The notes beneath the pieces were generated by a model. It did no database searches. It was not told the DNA's origin and was given only the letters and a program-made list of their open reading frames with translations. A stretch of DNA of 64,000 nt from Christensenellales bacterium. GTDB lineage: Bacteria > Bacillota > Clostridia > Christensenellales > JBMNTQ01. The position numbers were made by a program, and so were the translations under genes. The stretch spans positions 84,090-148,089 of the forward strand of contig JBMNTR010000001.1 in the NCBI GenBank assembly GCA_050945835.1. The letters are read 5' to 3'. Below, piece after piece: positions 56,117 to 64,000 of the stretch (position 1 is its first letter; each line of letters starts with the position of its first letter).

Positions 56117-56656
56117 ATGCGGATATTAGCGGAAGAAACATTGGCGCTCGCGATTGATTTTCAGGAGCGTTTAATGCCTGTGATCGACGATGCGCAGGAG
56201 TTGGTGAAAAAGACGCAAATACTCTTAAAAGGGCTTGCCATGCAGCATATCCCGGGCCTTATCAGCGAGCAGTATCCCAAGGGCCTTGGCGATACGATCC
56301 CCGAACTGGCTGAATGCACGCACTGGCCTTCTTTGGAAAAGACGAGTTTTAGCTGCGCGATGTGCCCTGAAATGCTGGAAAAGATTCGGTCCTATGGCCG
56401 TAAAAACGTGGTGATCTGCGGCGTGGAAGCGCATATCTGCGTGTTGCAGACAATCGTCGATCTGATCGCGCAAGGTTTTTGCGTGGTGCTGATCGCCGAT
56501 TGCGTCGGCTCGAGAAACCCGCGGGATGCCGAGATCGCCATCGCGCGTGCGCGGCAGGAGGGCGCTGTTGTAACGAGCTGTGAATCCCTGCTCTTTGAGT
56601 TGGCTGTCAGAAAGGAAAACCCCTGTTTTAAGGAGTTGTCCAAGCTGATTAAGTAG
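56117..56656 (+). CDS. isochorismatase-family cysteine hydrolase
   Basis: ALAIDFQERL, VVICGVEAHICVLQT (catalytic Cys context) and 179 aa length. Confidence 0.85.
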   Translation: MRILAEETLALAIDFQERLMPVIDDAQELVKKTQILLKGLAMQHIPGLISEQYPKGLGDTIPELAECTHWPSLEKTSFSCAMCPEMLEKIRSYGRKNVVICGVEAHICVLQTIVDLIAQGFCVVLIADCVGSRNPRDAEIAIARARQEGAVVTSCESLLFELAVRKENPCFKELSKLIK

Positions 56657-56680
56657 CGGTCGATGGATCTGCAAACGAAA

Positions 56681-56722
56681 CAATCCCCCGCAAAAGCATT
56701 TCAGTGCCTTCGCGGGGGATTG
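56681..56722. terminator. hairpin between the convergent operon and murI
   Basis: 11 bp stem CAATCCCCCGC/GCGGGGGATTG with a 20 nt loop. Confidence 0.65.
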
Positions 56723-56730
56723 TTATGCTG

Positions 56731-57516
56731 TTATGATTTTTGCACAGATGAAGAGATGAAGCGCTCAAACACACGCACATCGCCAGAGGAATAGTATTCC
56801 GCAGAGCCTGTGCCGCAAAGCTTGAGCAGCCCGCGCCGCTCCAGCACATGCTTTAAGTGCAGCGCGGTGCCCATGTGGCCGTCCAGCACGGGCAGCCCGT
56901 TCCAGTAGGCGCCGGCGGCCTGTGTGACGGCATGGCGCAGAAACACATAATGGGTGCAGCCCAGCACGATGGCTTGCACCGGCTCCTTAGCAATAGGCGC
57001 AAAAGCGTTGTGCAGATAATCATAGATCTCGGGGGCCTCGAAATCATGGGTTTCGACGAGCTCCGCCAGCCCCGGGCAGGGCAGGTTGATGACACAGTCC
57101 GTGCCGCCGATCTTTTCTATCAGCCGCAAATAGCGCCCCTGTGAGAGCGTGGCCGGTGTGGCCAGCACGAGCACCTTGCCGCCGCTTAGGAATCTCAAGG
57201 CAGGCTTCACAGCCGGCTCCATGCTGATGACGGGCATATCGTTTTCGCTGCGCAGACGATTGATGGCGACGCTTGTGGCCGTATTGCAGGCTACGAGCAG
57301 TGCTTTCACGCCTTTTTTCAACAGGAAATCCGCCGCGTTCAATGTGAGCAGCAATATGTCCTCAGGGCTTTTCATGCCATAGGGCGCATGGATATTGTCG
57401 CCGTAGTAGAGAAAATTTTCCCGGGGCAGTATCCGCCGCGCTTCGTGGAGCACGCTCAACCCCCCTACGCCGGAATCGAATACGCCGATCGGTCTGTTCT
57501 TCATGTAACGATCCAC
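56731..57516 (-). CDS. murI: glutamate racemase
   Basis: IGVFDSGVGGLSV, LLVACNTAT and LGCTHY motifs. Confidence 0.9.
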   Translation of the reverse strand: MDRYMKNRPIGVFDSGVGGLSVLHEARRILPRENFLYYGDNIHAPYGMKSPEDILLLTLNAADFLLKKGVKALLVACNTATSVAINRLRSENDMPVISMEPAVKPALRFLSGGKVLVLATPATLSQGRYLRLIEKIGGTDCVINLPCPGLAELVETHDFEAPEIYDYLHNAFAPIAKEPVQAIVLGCTHYVFLRHAVTQAAGAYWNGLPVLDGHMGTALHLKHVLERRGLLKLCGTGSAEYYSSGDVRVFERFISSSVQKS

Positions 57517-57703
57517 CTTTTCTGGCCTGGGCCTACATTTATTATAATACCGCGTGCGTTGATGTCAAGCACAGCGGATAGGGGAAGCCGTTTTGCCTCA
57601 AAATAGCATGAGGCACGCATACGATATCAGAAATAAAAGTCGCAATTTTGTAGCAATTTTGTATTGCTTAGTGGTGGGTAAACTGATACAATGATCCATA
57701 CAT

Positions 57704-57719
57704 ACACAATATATTGTAT
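57704..57719. promoter_or_regulatory. NrdR-box-like palindrome upstream of nrdJ
   Basis: ACACAATATATTGTAT compared with the recalled NrdR box consensus acaCwAtATaTwGtgt. It lies 48 nt upstream of the ATG. Confidence 0.5.
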
Positions 57720-57766
57720 GATCATATCCTATGAATATACAACATAAGCGAAATGAGGGCTTTAGC

Positions 57767-60034
57767 ATGGCTTTTTCCAAAAATGCGCAGACAGTGCTGC
57801 AAAGGCGGTATTTATCCAAAGACATAGAGGGGAATACCATCGAAACCATAGACGATATGTTCGAACGGGTGGCGGCTTGTATCGCTGATGTCGATCGAAA
57901 ATACGACGCAAAAGCCGATGTCGAAGGGCTGAAGGCGCGCTTTAAGGACTTGATGCTGGCTCAGAAGTTCATGCCCAATTCGCCCACACTCATGAATGCG
58001 GGCAAGCCATTGGGGCAGCTTTCGGCTTGCTTTGTGCTGCCGGTGGGCGATTCCATGGAAGAGATATTCGACGCGCTGAAAAACGCGGCGCTGATTCACA
58101 AGAGCGGCGGCGGGACGGGTTTCAGCTTTTCGCGCATACGCCCGGCGGGCTCGTCGGTGCGTTCCACCGGCGGTGTGGCCAGCGGTCCAATCAGCTTCAT
58201 GAAGGTGTTCAACGCCGCCACGGAGGCGGTCAAGCAGGGCGGCACGCGCCGGGGTGCCAACATGGGCATACTGCGTGTGGATCATCCGGATATCATGGAT
58301 TTCATCACCTGTAAAAAGGGAAACAGCGACATCACCAACTTCAACATCAGCGTGGGCGTGACTGAAAAATTCATGCAGGCCGCGCGAAAGAACGAGGAAT
58401 ACGACCTGATCAATCCGGTCAACGGCCATATAGAAGGGCGTTTGAATGCGCGCGAAGTCTATGATCTGATCGTGGATATGGCGTGGAGCAACGGGGAGCC
58501 CGGCATCATCTTTTTAGACAGACTCAACAAGGACAACATGACCCCTGCATTGGGCGACATCGAGAGCACCAACCCCTGCGGGGAACAGCCGCTTTTGCCG
58601 TATGAAAGCTGCAATTTGGGCTCTGTCAATCTGGCGAACATGATCAAAAAACAGGACAAGGGCTTCATTGTAGACTACGATGAATTAGGGCGTGTGGTGG
58701 ATCTGGCCGTGCACTTTCTGGATAACGTGATCGACGCCAACAAGTATCCCTTGCAGGAAATCGAGGATATGACTAAAAACACACGCAAGATCGGTCTGGG
58801 CGTGATGGGCTTTGCAGACTTGCTGTTTTGCTTGGGCATTCCCTATAACTCCGAAGAGGCGATTCAAATAGGCGAAAAGATCATGGGCTTTATACAGGCG
58901 CGCGCACACAGCGCATCCGAAAAGCTGGCGATATCGCGCGGAGCGTTTCCTGCGTTTGAAGGCAGCATATTGTCAAAAGAAAAGCCCCTGCGCAACGCGA
59001 CATCGACGACCATCGCACCCACCGGCACGATATCCATCATCTGCGGCGCTTCCAGCGGCATCGAGCCTTTGTTTGCGATCAGCTTTGTGCGCAACGTGAT
59101 GGATGACGACGAATTGGCCGAAGTACATCCCTATTTTGAAGCGGTTGCGAAGGAGCAAGGCTTCTATTCCAAGGAGCTGATGCGGCGCATCGCGGAGGAA
59201 GGCACGCTAGCGCATATAGAGGAGATCCCCCAAGGGATACGGGAGGTGTTCGTCACCTCGCATGATATAACGCCCGAATACCACATCCGTATGCAGGCGG
59301 CGTTTCAGAAATATACGGACAATGCCGTTTCCAAAACCGTCAATTTCCCCAACAGCGCCACACGGGAGGATGTCAAGACGGTGTATGATCTGGCATTTGA
59401 TTCAGGCTGTAAGGGCGTGACCATCTATAGAGACGGCAGCCGTGATGTGCAGGTGCTCTACACAGGTAAAAAGGAAGAGCCTTCCGCCGAAAAAGGGCAG
59501 ATCGTGCCCCGGCCGCGTCCGGATATCACGCAGGGGTTCACGGAGAAAGTACGCATTGGCTGCGGCAACCTGTATGTAACCGTCAACTACGACGAGGAGG
59601 GTATCTGCGAGGTCTTTACCAACCTGGGGCGTGCGGGCGGCTGCCCGTCGCAGTCGGAGGCTACCAGCCGGCTGATCTCCACGGCGCTGCGCTCAGGTAT
59701 GGACGCTTATTCGCTCATCGAGCAGCTCAAGGGGATTCGCTGCCATTCCACTTTGCGCCAGAAGGGTTTGAAGGTGCTCTCCTGTCCGGATGCGATTGGT
59801 AAAGTGCTTGAGAAGGTCGTTAAGATGCAGGAGGAGCAAAACGGCGGCATCAACATGAAAAAACCCGCCGAAAGCAGTGTGCAGGAGACGGTGTCCTGCG
59901 GGGAAAACTGCTCGGCGTTCAAGGGGCGCACACAGGAGAAACCGGCGGGCGATTGCCCCGAATGCGGCGGGGATGTGGAGCATGAAGGCGGCTGTGTGGT
60001 GTGCAGAAACTGCGGCTATTCCAAGTGCGGATGA
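57767..60034 (+). CDS. nrdJ: adenosylcobalamin-dependent (class II) ribonucleotide reductase
   Basis: QRRYL, NSPTLMNAG, LSACFV, NPCGEQPL and TIAPTGT motifs. Single-chain architecture with a C-terminal Cys4 finger CPECGG...CVVCRNCG. Confidence 0.9.
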   Translation: MAFSKNAQTVLQRRYLSKDIEGNTIETIDDMFERVAACIADVDRKYDAKADVEGLKARFKDLMLAQKFMPNSPTLMNAGKPLGQLSACFVLPVGDSMEEIFDALKNAALIHKSGGGTGFSFSRIRPAGSSVRSTGGVASGPISFMKVFNAATEAVKQGGTRRGANMGILRVDHPDIMDFITCKKGNSDITNFNISVGVTEKFMQAARKNEEYDLINPVNGHIEGRLNAREVYDLIVDMAWSNGEPGIIFLDRLNKDNMTPALGDIESTNPCGEQPLLPYESCNLGSVNLANMIKKQDKGFIVDYDELGRVVDLAVHFLDNVIDANKYPLQEIEDMTKNTRKIGLGVMGFADLLFCLGIPYNSEEAIQIGEKIMGFIQARAHSASEKLAISRGAFPAFEGSILSKEKPLRNATSTTIAPTGTISIICGASSGIEPLFAISFVRNVMDDDELAEVHPYFEAVAKEQGFYSKELMRRIAEEGTLAHIEEIPQGIREVFVTSHDITPEYHIRMQAAFQKYTDNAVSKTVNFPNSATREDVKTVYDLAFDSGCKGVTIYRDGSRDVQVLYTGKKEEPSAEKGQIVPRPRPDITQGFTEKVRIGCGNLYVTVNYDEEGICEVFTNLGRAGGCPSQSEATSRLISTALRSGMDAYSLIEQLKGIRCHSTLRQKGLKVLSCPDAIGKVLEKVVKMQEEQNGGINMKKPAESSVQETVSCGENCSAFKGRTQEKPAGDCPECGGDVEHEGGCVVCRNCGYSKCG

Positions 60035-60232
60035 ACGGAGCATATGCAGAGTAAGAAAAAGATTCAGCACCCCGGGCTTCATTGAAAGACCCGGGGTGTT
60101 GCGCGAAAAGGAACCTGTGCATATCATCCGCAAAAAAGCCTTTCGAAAAGCCGTGCGCGGCGTAAAAGAGGCGCAGATACGAAAAATGGCCGCAGCGGTA
60201 GGGGTCTATGACCGGCACAAGGCTTTGGGGGT

Positions 60233-60260
60233 TTGATTTTCATGTGTGCGCTGGTATAAT
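60233..60260 (+). promoter_or_regulatory. sigma-A-type promoter (extended -10)
   Basis: TTGATT, 16 nt spacer, TGgTATAAT. Confidence 0.55.
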
Positions 60261-60361
60261 AAGATTGTTCTGCAGGCGCCGGATTTTAAAAGAAGGCTTT
60301 GCCTCTCTTTCGAGGGCAAAAACACCATGCAGAACGAATGGTATGGAGGAGAAAAGGGATT

Positions 60362-61534
60362 ATGGACTATGGTTTTGCACATCGGCTGGATGGCATCACA
60401 GGCAGCGCGATTCGCGAGATTTTCAAGCTGCTGCAGGAGCCGGGCATCATTTCGTTTGCGGGCGGCAACCCGTCGGCGGATACGTTTCCTAAGGACGAGC
60501 TTGCACACATCGCATCGCGGCTGACGAAGCAGCGCCCTGAAACGGTGCTGCAATACGGTATTACGGAAGGATATGCCCCCTTGCGGGAGACGGTGGCGAA
60601 TATGGTAAGCCGGCGCGGCGTGCTGGCTGCGCCTAGTGATGTGATCACGCTGACAGGCTCTTCCCAAGGGATCGACTTGGCGGCGCGCGTGTTTCTCAAT
60701 CCGCAAGACAGGGTGCTGGTGGAAGCGCCGACCTTTCTGGGCGCGTTGCAGACCTTTCGCACCTATCAGGCGGAGCTGATTCCCGTTGAAATGGACGACG
60801 AGGGCGTGCTGCTGGAGGATTTGCAGCAGAAGATGGAGCGATACAGGCCCAAATTCTTCTATGTGATACCCACCTTCCAGAATCCGTCGGGCAAGACGCT
60901 GAGCTGCACGCGGCGCAAGCGCATAGCGGAGTTGGCGAAGGAATACGGCGTGATGGTGATCGAAGACGATCCTTACGGCGATCTGCGCTACGAGGGCGAG
61001 CCTTGCCCGTATATCAAATCGTATGACGACGACGGCCGTGTGCTTCTGCTGGTGAGCTTTTCCAAGATCATTTCACCGGGGCTGCGCGTGGGCGCTGCCG
61101 TGGGCGCACCGGAGGTCTTGAGGAAGATGGTCATTTGCAAGCAGGGTGCGGATACGCACACGCCTGTGCTGACACAGGCGATGGTGGACGAATATGTACG
61201 CCAGGGCGCGCTGTATAGCCATATCGACGAGGTTTGCGCTGTGTATAAACAAAAAAGAAACGCCATGCTGGCGCATATGCCGGAGGTTGCGCACACATAT
61301 ACGCGCCCTGAGGGCGGACTGTTTCTGTGGGGCACGTTCGCACCGGGGACAGACGCGCAAATCCTATTGAAGGAAGCCATCAAAAAGGGCGTTGCGTTCA
61401 TACCCGGCGCGCATTTTTATACATCGGAAGGGTATGCACATACCTTCCGACTGAATTTTTCAAACGCCAGCCTGCAACAGATCGAAGAGGGTATGGAGAT
61501 ACTCAAATCGGTGGTGAAAGGGCAGGGCGCATGA
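60362..61534 (+). CDS. PLP-dependent class I/II aminotransferase (2-aminoadipate/aromatic aminotransferase-like)
   Basis: ITGSAIREIFKLL..PGIISFAGGNP and FSKIISPGLRVG (PLP-Lys context). ATG at 60362 after GGAGGAG. Confidence 0.85.
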   Translation: MDYGFAHRLDGITGSAIREIFKLLQEPGIISFAGGNPSADTFPKDELAHIASRLTKQRPETVLQYGITEGYAPLRETVANMVSRRGVLAAPSDVITLTGSSQGIDLAARVFLNPQDRVLVEAPTFLGALQTFRTYQAELIPVEMDDEGVLLEDLQQKMERYRPKFFYVIPTFQNPSGKTLSCTRRKRIAELAKEYGVMVIEDDPYGDLRYEGEPCPYIKSYDDDGRVLLLVSFSKIISPGLRVGAAVGAPEVLRKMVICKQGADTHTPVLTQAMVDEYVRQGALYSHIDEVCAVYKQKRNAMLAHMPEVAHTYTRPEGGLFLWGTFAPGTDAQILLKEAIKKGVAFIPGAHFYTSEGYAHTFRLNFSNASLQQIEEGMEILKSVVKGQGA

Positions 61535-61651
61535 CGCATCAAGCGCCTGCGGTTGTATGATGGGTGCTTGCGGTGCCGGATGCCGCTGCTTTTGCGTGCT
61601 TGCACTGCATGAAAACGCAAGACGGGCCGAAACGAGACTGGCAAAGAGCGA

Positions 61652-62665
61652 TCAGCTCTCTTCGCAATCGCGGATATTATCGATCAAAAAGCGGCCGTCT
61701 TCTGTGCGTAGGATGTCGAACAGAAACAGACGGCCCTTGTCTTTCTCTGCATTCAGCGCGCCCACGCACACGAGCGACGGGTCGGGACGCAGCGGCGGTT
61801 CGCTGTATAGGAGATGCCCTTGGAAAAAGTCCTTCACCTTCTGTATGTCCATCTCCTTTAAGAGCTCCGAAGTAAGATACGATGCCGCTTCCTCCATAAG
61901 TCCTAAATGCAGCGCGTCCAGCAGCGCTCTGCCGGTTTGCGCGGGGGTGGTGAGGGGCAGCGCGTCGCGCGTGAAGAAGCCGATTTCCTCTTTTATGGAC
62001 CGCCCGTCGTAAATCTGCTTGCGCTGATGACAAACGGCGTCGTTCTGCTCTGTGATCACTTCTATTTCATCCTGTTTAATACTGAACATCCCTTCGCTTT
62101 CAAACAAAAGCCGATAGGCGGTGCCGTCGTGCAGTGCGCAGAGCAGGTAATTTTCCTCTACGCCGTGCAGCAGCAGCGCCGTGTGTGTGCCTAAGCGTAT
62201 AAAGTCGAGATAAGGTTTGGAGAGCTTCTGCTTGAGCGTGTGGTGGAAGAGCAGCGTATCATCACCCAGGTGCTCCAGCGCGAGGTGCTGCTGCGCATCC
62301 TGATATAGGGTCGCTGTATAATGTGTGTACTGCGTCTGTGTAACGATGCGGGGCATATGCTGCGACAGCTGATTGACCTGCTGCATGGACATGTTGAGTA
62401 CCACCACGCCGCCCGTCCAATGCACGGCGTGCAGCCGCCCGGACGCAGCAAAGTGCAGCCGCCCGCGCGACAGCGTGAGCGCTGTGCTCAGCGGCAGATA
62501 GTTTTCGCGAAGGGGCATCAATGTCACATAGAATTTGGTGTCGATGCCGGCGGGCAGTGTTAAGCTGGGGGAGAGATCGTTGATCTCGCCCCAAACGCGG
62601 CCGTCCAGCAGCACGAGCGCAGGGCATTGTGTGCATCGAAGAATGACGAGCGGAAGCGGATCCAT
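61652..62665 (-). CDS. hypothetical protein
   Basis: Long ORF with protein-like composition. ATG at 62665 lies 9 nt after GAGGTG; the tracked ORF extends to 62770 through AT-rich promoter-like sequence. I recognise no motif. Confidence 0.5.
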   Translation of the reverse strand: MDPLPLVILRCTQCPALVLLDGRVWGEINDLSPSLTLPAGIDTKFYVTLMPLRENYLPLSTALTLSRGRLHFAASGRLHAVHWTGGVVVLNMSMQQVNQLSQHMPRIVTQTQYTHYTATLYQDAQQHLALEHLGDDTLLFHHTLKQKLSKPYLDFIRLGTHTALLLHGVEENYLLCALHDGTAYRLLFESEGMFSIKQDEIEVITEQNDAVCHQRKQIYDGRSIKEEIGFFTRDALPLTTPAQTGRALLDALHLGLMEEAASYLTSELLKEMDIQKVKDFFQGHLLYSEPPLRPDPSLVCVGALNAEKDKGRLFLFDILRTEDGRFLIDNIRDCEES

Positions 62666-62796
62666 GGCAAGCATCACCTCACTAACCATGTATAGTAAGG
62701 AACGCGCCGGTCTATGAGTGAAATTATAAAACCGCATATAAATCAGCCTGCTGGCTCGCGTAGTGTACAAGCATATGCCTGACGAAGGTTATTCGA

Positions 62797-62840
62797 TAAA
62801 AAAAAGCCGCCCTTTGCGCTGATACGCAGCAAGCGGCTTT
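62797..62840 (-). terminator. rho-independent terminator of the URO-D-family gene
   Basis: On the minus strand, AAGCCGC...GCGGCTT is followed by TTTTTTTT. Confidence 0.8.
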
Positions 62841-62863
62841 GCCTATAGAAGGGCGGTTGCAGA

Positions 62864-64000
62864 TCACAGCCTTCCGGCGGTGTTGAATTCCTTCACGGCC
62901 TCCAGCATGGCCACGATGTTTTCTGTGGGGGTATTCGCCTGCACGTTATGGATCGCATTGAATATAAACCCGCCGTCTTCACCGAATATTTCGCAGCGCT
63001 GCAGCACCTGTTTGCGTACCTCCTCGGGCGAACCGAACGGCAATACATCCTGTGTATCTACGCCGCCGCCCCAGAAGGTGATGTGTTTTCCGAATTCTTT
63101 TTTCAGATGCACAGGGTCCATGCCTGCAGCTGAGCACTGCACGGGGTTCAACGCATCAAACCCGGCTTCTATCAGATCCCCGATCAACGGCTCTACCGCC
63201 CCGCAGGAATGCTTGAGTATTTTCCATGGGGTATTTTCGTGTATCCATCTGTTGGCGCGTATATAATGCGGCATATATAACTCAAGGAATATCTCCCTGG
63301 AGACAAACAAGCTGTTTTGGTGTGCTAAGTCCGTGGCGCAGGTAAAGGCAACGTCTATCTTATCTCCGCATCGTTCATTGATCGCTTTCATATTTTCGAT
63401 GGCGATATCCGTTTGCATTTCGAACATACGATAGACATACTCCGGATAGAGATGCGGCATCATATACCAATCTGCGATATTCCGTATGCCCTTTGGCTCG
63501 AGTAGCCCGCAGCCTGCGATATCCGCGGCATCTCCCAGCCCCATGCCCGGCATCGCTAAAACGGTTGCGCGGCCGGTATCGTAGGCGCGAAGGATCTCTT
63601 TTTCGATCCAGTCGAGGTTTGCTTCATCCAATATCCTCCATTCCTCAATGTTGAGTGCAGGATCCGTTACGTTATCGTCTATATCGCCCTTCTGACGGTA
63701 GATCGCGTCGAAGTAGTATCCCCCCTGCGGAAAATGTCCGGACGGCTCATAAGCGCGGTTATCCTGCGGATATACGATATACCCGCCTTTTCCGTCCGGT
63801 TCCGGGTTGTATTTTCCCGGGACGAGTATATCCAGGCCTTGCGGATTTTTCCATGGTTTCCAATCCGTTCTGGGGAAACCAAACAGCGTTCCCATAGGGA
63901 ATATGGGTGTGCAGTCCGTTCCGATGGCCTCTGCAAGATCGTCCTCGATGACGCCGGCCATGGTGAACACATCCAGTGCTTTTACCAGTTGGTCGTCTAA
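62864..64000 (-). CDS. uroporphyrinogen decarboxylase (URO-D)-family protein, likely methyltransferase-like; 5' end outside the window
   Basis: The frame stays open to the window edge. The C-terminus GGGVDTQDVLPFGSPEEVRKQV...GGFIFNAIHNVQANTPTENIVAM is typical of the URO-D/MtaA-like family. Confidence 0.8.
   Translation of the reverse strand, partial: LDDQLVKALDVFTMAGVIEDDLAEAIGTDCTPIFPMGTLFGFPRTDWKPWKNPQGLDILVPGKYNPEPDGKGGYIVYPQDNRAYEPSGHFPQGGYYFDAIYRQKGDIDDNVTDPALNIEEWRILDEANLDWIEKEILRAYDTGRATVLAMPGMGLGDAADIAGCGLLEPKGIRNIADWYMMPHLYPEYVYRMFEMQTDIAIENMKAINERCGDKIDVAFTCATDLAHQNSLFVSREIFLELYMPHYIRANRWIHENTPWKILKHSCGAVEPLIGDLIEAGFDALNPVQCSAAGMDPVHLKKEFGKHITFWGGGVDTQDVLPFGSPEEVRKQVLQRCEIFGEDGGFIFNAIHNVQANTPTENIVAMLEAVKEFNTAGRL

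Noticed and set aside
57517-57766. An expected cobalamin riboswitch upstream of the B12-dependent RNR.
   Set aside because: No B12-box-like sequence (GCCACTG context) or conserved cobalamin riboswitch core is visible. The region is AT-rich promoter/operator-like sequence.

Overview
This 64 kb window looks like a chromosomal core region of a moderately GC-rich Clostridia-like Firmicute. That call rests on gene content (obg, nadD-yqeK-rsfS, DUF2232-rplI-dnaB, murA, murI, paaK+ACT, DUF1292), consensus sigma-A promoters and GGAGG ribosome-binding sites. I call about 58 protein-coding genes. I found no rRNA, tRNA, CRISPR array, transposase, integrase or prophage genes. The largest functional block is a shikimate/phenylalanine supra-operon, aroF-aroB-aroA-aroC-pheA, with a convergent aroE and a divergent aroQ. 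All homology calls were made by eye from motifs and recall of protein families; no searches were run. Start codons were refined from ribosome-binding sites where possible, and the ORF track shows alternative start codons as M. Many long ORFs antisense to real genes are GC-driven artefacts and are ignored. The observations most worth following up are:
1. A Phe/Tyr-rich 31-codon leader ORF plus an intrinsic terminator in front of the aro operon, which may be a ribosome-mediated attenuator.
2. An ECF sigma factor translationally coupled to a membrane anti-sigma-like protein whose ectodomain reads as a divergent serpin fold.
3. A four-gene operon encoding a NifU-like protein, a GGGtGRT-motif protein, a Pro1 tautomerase-like protein and an isochorismatase-like hydrolase, of unknown function.
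4. A PTS Enzyme I fused to an HPr-like domain that lacks both phosphorylatable residues.
5. A divergent pair of low-complexity proteins carrying near-identical in-frame tandem DNA repeats.
6. A gene-free region of about 0.8 kb with a long leader upstream of an EIIC_2-like permease.
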